Assembly: GCA_021613535.1 (NCBI GenBank)
Contig: CP075494.1
Coordinates: forward strand, 9,114,001-9,178,000
Source: Adineta vaga
Taxonomy: Eukaryota > Animalia > Rotifera
Length of the DNA: 64,000 nt
Direction: 5' to 3'
The position numbers were made by a program, and so were the translations under genes. The first letter of the stretch is position 1; each line of letters starts with the position of its first letter. Below are positions 56,473 through 64,000 of this stretch, in pieces. Below the pieces are notes generated by a model. The model was not told the origin of the DNA. It made no database searches and saw only the letters and a program-made list of their open reading frames with translations.

Positions 56473-58521
56473 TCAACTATCAGAATTTGATGTTGACGAA
56501 ATGGTTGACACATCCGACACGGACTGTTCAAATTGATTAGGTAATGATGAAAGAGATGTATTTGCTACTGTTGCATTGATTGGCATTGATGTTGGTTGTT
56601 GACTGTTAATCATTTTCTGAATGTCAGTATTGACTGGTCGTGTCTGAAAACAAATGCAGAGAAGAAAGTTTATTCCTAAAAAAACTTAAGAATACTTACA
56701 TTGCCATGACGTTTTGTTAATTGAATAAATGGAGTATTATCATAATGGTAACCGGTGACAATTGCTTTGAAAGACGAACCAAGTATCATTGGTTTAACTA
56801 ATTCAATTGATTCAGGTGTAAAATCTTCTTGGTCTAAAGGAGAAGAAAAAAACAAGTTGTCATGCTTTTCTTAGACTTTGGTCAAAAATGAATGGCAAAT
56901 GTGATTATTTTACTATGGAAATATGTACTGTCTATTGACACGGATACTTCGGAGGAAAAAAATTCTGATTGATCAAGTAACTATAGAAAGTCTAATTAAT
57001 AATCTGGTTTTAGAATTTCTAATTCATCACTTTTTGAAATCAGTTGTTGCCTTACTATCTGTTGGTACGACGTTATCCAAATAGACTTCTGCTGCTTGAA
57101 ATGGAATGATCATAAAATCTTGTCTAGAAATTATAATAAATTGAATTTCTTTAAGAAACTTTTGCTTTAACCTACCTAAGAACACGTAAAGAACCTGCAT
57201 TCACATAAAGATAACCGCCATAGTCCAAAAATTTGATCAATGCCATATCATCATTACTGTTATATACTGTAATTAAAGCTCGAAACCAACCTGCTTGTGT
57301 TGGTGCTGCACAGATCACTCCAGCTAAACAAACAAAGAAAAAGAAGATCGTGCCTTCTTTGTTCTAAAAAATAAATCTTACGTTGAATAGGTCGAGGTAA
57401 AATTGGTGTCATTTCTGTATGATGATAGAATACGGACATAGAATTATCCAATCGTGTCAATTCAGGATACGATGGATGTAAAATTTGTTGTACAAATATA
57501 TGATTACACGAAACCACACTTGTAACAAGAACTTCAGTTGGAATTCCATCAGGTAGATATAGCTTAAAAGAAAAATAAATAGATTTATATGGGATCCGCT
57601 TCTTTTTGTCGTATATTTTACTTGTGCAGCTGATGATGGTATTGGCACACATTCGGGCGCACGTTGTCGTAAGATAATTTTCTTATTAATTGGACTAAAC
57701 GAAACTTGAGGATATCGATCAGATGGAAAACGTTTTGCTATTAATTCAATTGCTCGTTCTACATCAACACGTCGGCCTAAATTTCGAAATAAGATTAAAC
57801 ATAAAATAAACGAATCAATCACATTCATATACATACCATGTAAGGCAACGACTTGTTTTTCATATGAAACCGCATCATCTCGAACGACTAAATCAACCTG
57901 AGTTATTTGACGAATATAATCAACATGAACACCTTGTCGACCAATAAGACGACCACAGAGATCAACAGGAAAATGAAATTCATAAATAATAATTTCATTT
58001 TGTTTTGCTTCCTAAATAATCATAATAACTTCTTACATTTCAGAGAAAAGTATTTGCGGTTAATTGATCAACCATGTCGTCTTTTGAATTGTAGTTTAAA
58101 ATTTATTACTAAAATCATTTCTTTTACATACTGGTCTACGATTAACTCAATTGATCAAAAGTTTTATATGTATATGGGGAAAAAAACGATAACAATAATC
58201 AATTAAAGTAAGATTAGAAGAAATATGAGACATACGACGCATATCTACTCAGCATTATCTAATCATCAATCATTATGTCTTTCTTTCATTTATGCATCAG
58301 CTGTTCTATTTCAAATAAACCCGACAGTTGTCACCCTTTCTTCGTTCTTTTACCTTATCGTTTTGTTCCATGGATAAATTATCATTTGAAATAATCATTT
58401 CTTCAACTATCTGTTTTTGATTAGTTTCATTGTCCATAGTTTTTGTCGATTGTTTGGTCGAATTAGATGATGATGGTTTTGTAATGACACTTGATTTTGA
58501 GCTTGAATTTTGATTTTTCAT
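56473..58521 (-). CDS. KH + Tudor domain protein, AKAP1/spoonbill-like
   Basis: KH IYEFHFPVDLCGRLIGRQG; Tudor EVLVTSVVSCNHIFVQQILHPSY...GVICAAPTQAGWFRA...IKFLDYGGY...RQDFMIIPFQA. The 5' end is uncertain. Confidence 0.85.
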
Positions 58522-59117
58522 CTGAAAAGAAAAGAATCTATGGAATCGATGATGACGCAGACTTCCGATGCAAACATATTCTATCAGAAAACAATAGAGA
58601 GCGAATATTCGAATAAGACTAACATTATTAATTCTCCGCGTTTTAGTTCGTTTCTGTGTTGTTTATCAAAGATTGATTTTTACGAAACCAATCATCGACA
58701 AAGGGTAGTTATTTCGACATCGGTAAAATAAAAATAAAACGATACATGAATAGATTCTAAAAAATCATCATCATCATCTTTTTCTTCTCTTGTCGCGATC
58801 ATTCAGTTTATTCCATTGTCTACAATATGTTATTCATCACTGGTACATGCTGGAGAAGAAACGATGAATAAACTTCTTTTCTTCCTATTGATTCATTTTT
58901 CTAACCAATAGAAAAATACCTCCAAAACTCAACTGCATTTGTAGATTATATTTCCAACCATTAATACGTACTTCTATCCTCAATACCACTATTTGTTAAT
59001 TTAATATCACACTAATGTCTAATTGAACAAATAAATAACTAGTTCAGAATAATTGACGATCGATCTTCTTTTTTTATACGTGATTTTTTATTTTTAATAC
59101 ATATGAATTAATACAAA

Positions 59118-62100
59118 ATGACAACGTCCAATCTACAAAAACTAGTCGGAGCAAGTATGAAAAAATTCTCTGTTATTTTCGTTTGTTTTTCAACTGCTGT
59201 TTTTTTTTCGTATCTATTTAGAACTTATCAATGAAATGTTACGATGTGATTCCGTTAAACAGAAAGAACGGAATGATTGGAAAGTTCTTGTTATGGATCG
59301 TTTAGCAACACGAATTATATCTGCATCATGTAAAATGCATGATATTATGTCAGAAGGAATAACCAGTACGAAATAAAGTTTTTATGTTTCATTTAGTTAA
59401 AGCTTATTTGATGAATTTTAGTTGTGGAAGATATTATGAAAAAACGTGAACCATTAGGAATGTTAGAAGCTGTTTATTTTATTCAACCGAACGAAAAAGT
59501 ATGTAGAAGAATGAATCAATGGTGTCATTTTGTTTATTCGAATACTTTTTTGTTAGTCCGTCAACGAACTTATCAATGATTTTGACAAAGCAAATGCATT
59601 AGTACCAAAATATAAAGCAGCACATGTGTTTTTCACAGAAGGTAAAAATTTCGACGAGGAAATCTTTTTTTCTACATAAATTCACTTTGTTTTTGAATAA
59701 TATCGAAAAATCATGACTTTCTTTCCGATCATGAGTCACGATGACTTATTACATGGGATAGACATGATGCAGTCATCCTCTTATGATTAAAAGCCTTTGC
59801 AAGAATCGAGTGTGCTATAATTAGTGTTATGACAATCTTTGATTGAAATACATCTCGTTATGATTACATATGAAAAATAAAGATAACAAGAGGAATAGAA
59901 ACGAATAGATATGACTTTTAACTGTTATCATGTAAAATAACTCAGACATTTAGATAAACGTATAATTGAAATGATGATAGAATCAAATTGATTAGAGTAT
60001 AATATTACATTAAGAAGAATTATAGTATGATTCATGTAAACGATAATACACTTTATTTACTTGATGAGAGATGTAAATTTATAGATGCTATTTTTAAAGG
60101 ACATTAATTTGCTATAGATTTTTATTTATTCTCAGTATTATACTCCCTTCAGAGACCAAGTCTTTTTTGATTCTCTTGATAATGTCAAGAGTTTGTCGTA
60201 TTAACTGAATTCTTTCGTTGTTGATCAACATCAAGGACCAATTGACTTTTGTACCTCTTTGCGACTACGAAATCTCAACTACATGATGATTACCTGGCTT
60301 TTTTTATGCCTCATTGCATTCATAGAATCTAAAACGTTTCAATTGAACCTAGTTGAATTAGAAACGAAACTTTTGTTTTGACGTAAAAATTTGTTTTTAT
60401 AGACACGATTGTTCTGCAATTGTTTTTCTTACTAATAACTTCTCATTGTTCGAATGTAAATGGACTTTTTATTTTAGCATGCAATTCGGAGTTATTTACC
60501 AGATTAACTCAATCAAAATGCGCAAAATATATAAAAACATTACGCGAAGTTAATATTGCTTTCTTACCATATGAGCGTCAGGTAAAAGATGAACCTAATT
60601 CTTCTTTAACTTCAATTTCTTTCTTCAAAAGGTCTTTACACTTGATTCACCTGATACATTTTTCATTTCGTACGATCCATCACAAGCAAGTGCTCGTGTT
60701 CAACAACTAGATGTTATTGCTGAACAAATTGCAACATTATGTGCGACACTCGGCGAATATCCAACTATTCGTTATCGTAGTGAAAATGAAAAATTAGTAG
60801 AATTTGCTCATGCTGTTCATCAGAAATTGAATCAATACAAAGCTGATGATGCAACTATGGGAGAAGTAAATGTGTTTTTGTTTTGTAGAAAATCTCTTTG
60901 TTACAATGTTTCATCTTAGGGTGGTGACAAAGCTAAATCCGTTTTACTTTTACTTGATCGAGGTTTTGATGCTGTTTCACCATTACTTCATGAATTAACA
61001 TTCCAAGCAATGGCACATGATTTATTAAAAATAGAAAATGATGTTTTCGAGTATGATTTTGTTGTACTTAACAGTATGTGAAAATAGTTATTTTCTTTTT
61101 ATATGTATAGAAATGAAGTTCAAACACCTGGCGCCGATCCGAAAGCTAATCCAGGACAAAAACAAAAAGTTTTATTAGATGAAAATGATGAACTATGGAC
61201 TGAACTTCGTCACCAACATATTGCTGTTGTTACACAGTACGTAAATTTCTTTATTCTCCTACTTATTGATACATCTTTGCGTTTTCTTTTAATAGGAGTA
61301 TTACCAAGAAAATCAAAGATTTTGCTATACAAAAACGTGTTAAAGATGCCGATCGTGGTGAACGAACAACTATGAAAGATCTTTCGTATGTCAATTTCGA
61401 TTATGTTTTCTTCAGTTCTATTTTTCTTCAAATAGGGTCATGATTAAAAAAATGCCACAATATCAAAAAGAATTAAATGCTTATGCACTTCATTTTAATA
61501 TTGCTGAACAATGTATGAATGCATACAATCGAGATTCAGGAGAAAAATTATGCTCCGTCGAACAGGTAAAAACAGGAAATGAAAAACTATAATTCTTTGT
61601 ACGATAAAAAGTATCAAGTGCACTTCCGTTTTAAGAAGCAAGCGAAGGTTACTTCCGGTAGTCTAAATTCGATCAATCATATTGACACGAAAGATGATTT
61701 ATGTTTTTCTTTTTAATTTAATTATTGAACATAATTAAATTGAATGAACTTATTTATAGAATTTGGCAATGGGTACTGATGCAGAAGGTGAACGTATCAA
61801 AGATCATATGCGTAATATTGTACCATTGTTACTTGATACTGTCATTGCAATTGAAGACAAACTACGTATCATTATGTTATATATTTTACATAAAAATGGT
61901 AAAGAAATGATTTAATTATTGAAATTTTTTCTTGTAAAATATTCGAGAAGAGATATTCCATTCACAAATAAATCTAAATTTAGGTTATTGTTCGACACCA
62001 CCAGATACCTTCGGTAAAGAGATCAATATAATCGCTCGTTTGGGTTTGGGACTTATTTTTTCTCGCTAATTCTAACTGATCAATTGACATAATTCATTTC

Positions 62101-63378
62101 GATATTTTAAACAGACATCTCTAATTTCGATTTGTTTGTTTCTTTTTTTTTCATCCAGGCATTACGGAAGAAAATCTTGATAAATTATTAAGTCATGCAT
62201 TAATCCCAACTGACAAAAAAGGAATTATCTCTAATATGCAACATTTAAATTTACAAATTATTCAAGATCAAAGTCGAGTAAGTGTATTCATATCTTTTTT
62301 GTTTGATGAATAAAACAAATCACTCCTCCAGCGTGAAAGTGGAGTATCAGCGGATTTAGGCAGAACATCTGCCATGCATATGGCTACGGAACTATTTATA
62401 AAACCGTCCGGGGTGATTTGAATCTTTTCGTTTTCTTCTCTTGATGAGCATGACTAAATCTCTTAGTGACGGTATCTACGTACATAATTTACTTTATTCT
62501 CCTTTTCTTCTTCTTCTTCTTTGTCTTCTTCATTTATGTTTAAGCATGAAAAACAATATTTTTCTCTGCATGCAGAAGGAAATAATCGATGAAATATCAA
62601 TGATAAATATGAACGAATTTTTTCGTAGGCTGGTAGACGTAAAAACATTCCACAATCAAGAAAGGAGCGTACAGAAACAACCTATACAAATTCAAGATGG
62701 ACACCCTATGTTAAAGATATCATGGAGGTACAAAATAGAAGTGAAAAAGAAATAAAATTTTGAAATGAATTCTTTTTTTTTGAAGGATATTATTGATGAA
62801 AAATTGGATTCAAGACAATTTCCATTAATCGGTGGACAAAGAAACATTACAGCTAACTTTTCTGCGCAAAGGTAAAGCTAATCAAATAAATGTTACCTGT
62901 GAGAAGCAAACCTACTACTAATTTGAGTTTTCAACAAATAGTATCATGTACAAAACTAAAAACGAATAGACGAATCTTTTTTTTATCTATTTCAAACTTG
63001 ATGTTTCATATTACTCAGAATTTTTTCTCTAAAAGAAGAGTCTCAGTGAACGAACGTAAGAATTCCTCTTTTATTTAGTTCTCGAGAATTTGGTGGTTGG
63101 ATGCAAAATCGTAAAGGCGCCGTTCGATCAGGTCCACGTTTAATTGTCTTCATTCTTGGTGGCGTGTGTTATAGTGAGCTTCGTTCTGCTTATGAAGTTA
63201 CTCAAAATAATAATAAGAAATGGGAAGTATTTATCGGTAAGTGAATCGTTTTCTTTTACATGATTTTTGTTTCATGTTTTTTTCGTTCTAATATTTAATA
63301 GGTAGTGATCATATTGTAACTCCGAGACAATTCTTACGCGATCTTGAGATGAAACCACGGCAAGAAGATGAACAGTAG
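59118..63378 (+). CDS. STXBP1: Munc18/unc-18/Rop syntaxin-binding SM protein
   Basis: WKVLVMDRL...[90 protein letters not shown]. Confidence 0.97.
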
Positions 63379-63902
63379 AAATATGCAAACCATCAGATTT
63401 CCACGTATTCTGTGTTTATTTTATTTTTTCCATGAACAGCACAACATTTTCATTCATTCATTCATTGTCTTCTCTCCTTTTATTTATAATCTTGTACACA
63501 ATGCTTCTTGTTTGTTTGTGTAGCTTGCTCGACGCGCATATATTACTTTTGTCTTCTATTCAGTCTTTTTTAAAATTCATTAATCAAATATTCCCTCATA
63601 TATTCATACGTCAAACTAATCTTGTGCAATGTTTTCTTCTTTTGTCTATGTTGTAGAACGCGCGTATCTATATATATATAAACATGAAACTTACTTTTGT
63701 CTTCAGCGAACAGTGTTTCCAAACGAGATATCCTTTTTTTCTCTGTTAGTGTATTTGTGTACCTAATTGCCTCTATTTATTGAATATGCATCTTCGTATT
63801 TTTCTTTTCTTTTTTTTGCTTGTGCACAGCAAATCTATGTGTTCTAGAGATGAATTAATCAAATAAAAATTATTCACCATATAAACTACTTGTTTTCTTC
63901 CG

Positions 63903-63942
63903 TATATATATATATATATATATATAGATGTGTGTGTGTGTG
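63903..63942. repeat. Compound (TA)n/(TG)n microsatellite
   Basis: TATATA...GATGTGTGTGTGTG read directly. Confidence 0.85.
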
Positions 63943-64000
63943 ACAAACATTGAGGATGACTTCTATTGATAGCATTGGTTTTTATGCATCAATGATTTGA

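Noticed and set aside
62316-62420. Intronic snoRNA or ribozyme interpretation of the GC-rich structured segment
   Set aside because: No complete C/D, H/ACA or ribozyme core was found, and an in-frame exon with correct splice sites explains it better.

Overview
AT-rich animal genomic DNA with many short (~50-60 nt) GT-AG introns. The intron style and a receiver-like/ART/TPR gene suggest a bdelloid rotifer (inference). Gene order: 3' part of a Cav2 calcium channel (+), beta-tubulin (+), an orphan gene (-), RBM39 (+), INSIG (+), a 3-Ig GPI-type adhesion gene (+) carrying two intronless same-strand nested genes (an unknown multipass membrane protein and a 9-cysteine TGF-beta ligand), CAMSAP/Patronin (-), a shortened CDT1 (+), nucleoplasmin-FKBP (+), a ~1.15 kb nested palindrome (a Tc1/mariner-type MITE inside an older foldback) directly upstream of an intronless receiver-like/ADP-ribosyltransferase/TPR gene (+), a small membrane protein gene absent from the ORF track (-), a C2H2 zinc finger (+), an SK channel (+), an AKAP1-like KH-Tudor gene (-) and Munc18/STXBP1 (+). 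Most notable: mutually exclusive domain IV turret exons in Cav2, CDT1 lacking its central geminin-binding domain, the palindrome plus ART-TPR cassette, and a Munc18 cassette exon whose two splice-site regions can base-pair. Four apparent 1-nt deletions in coding exons are probably assembly errors. All gene models were read by eye and no database searches were run.
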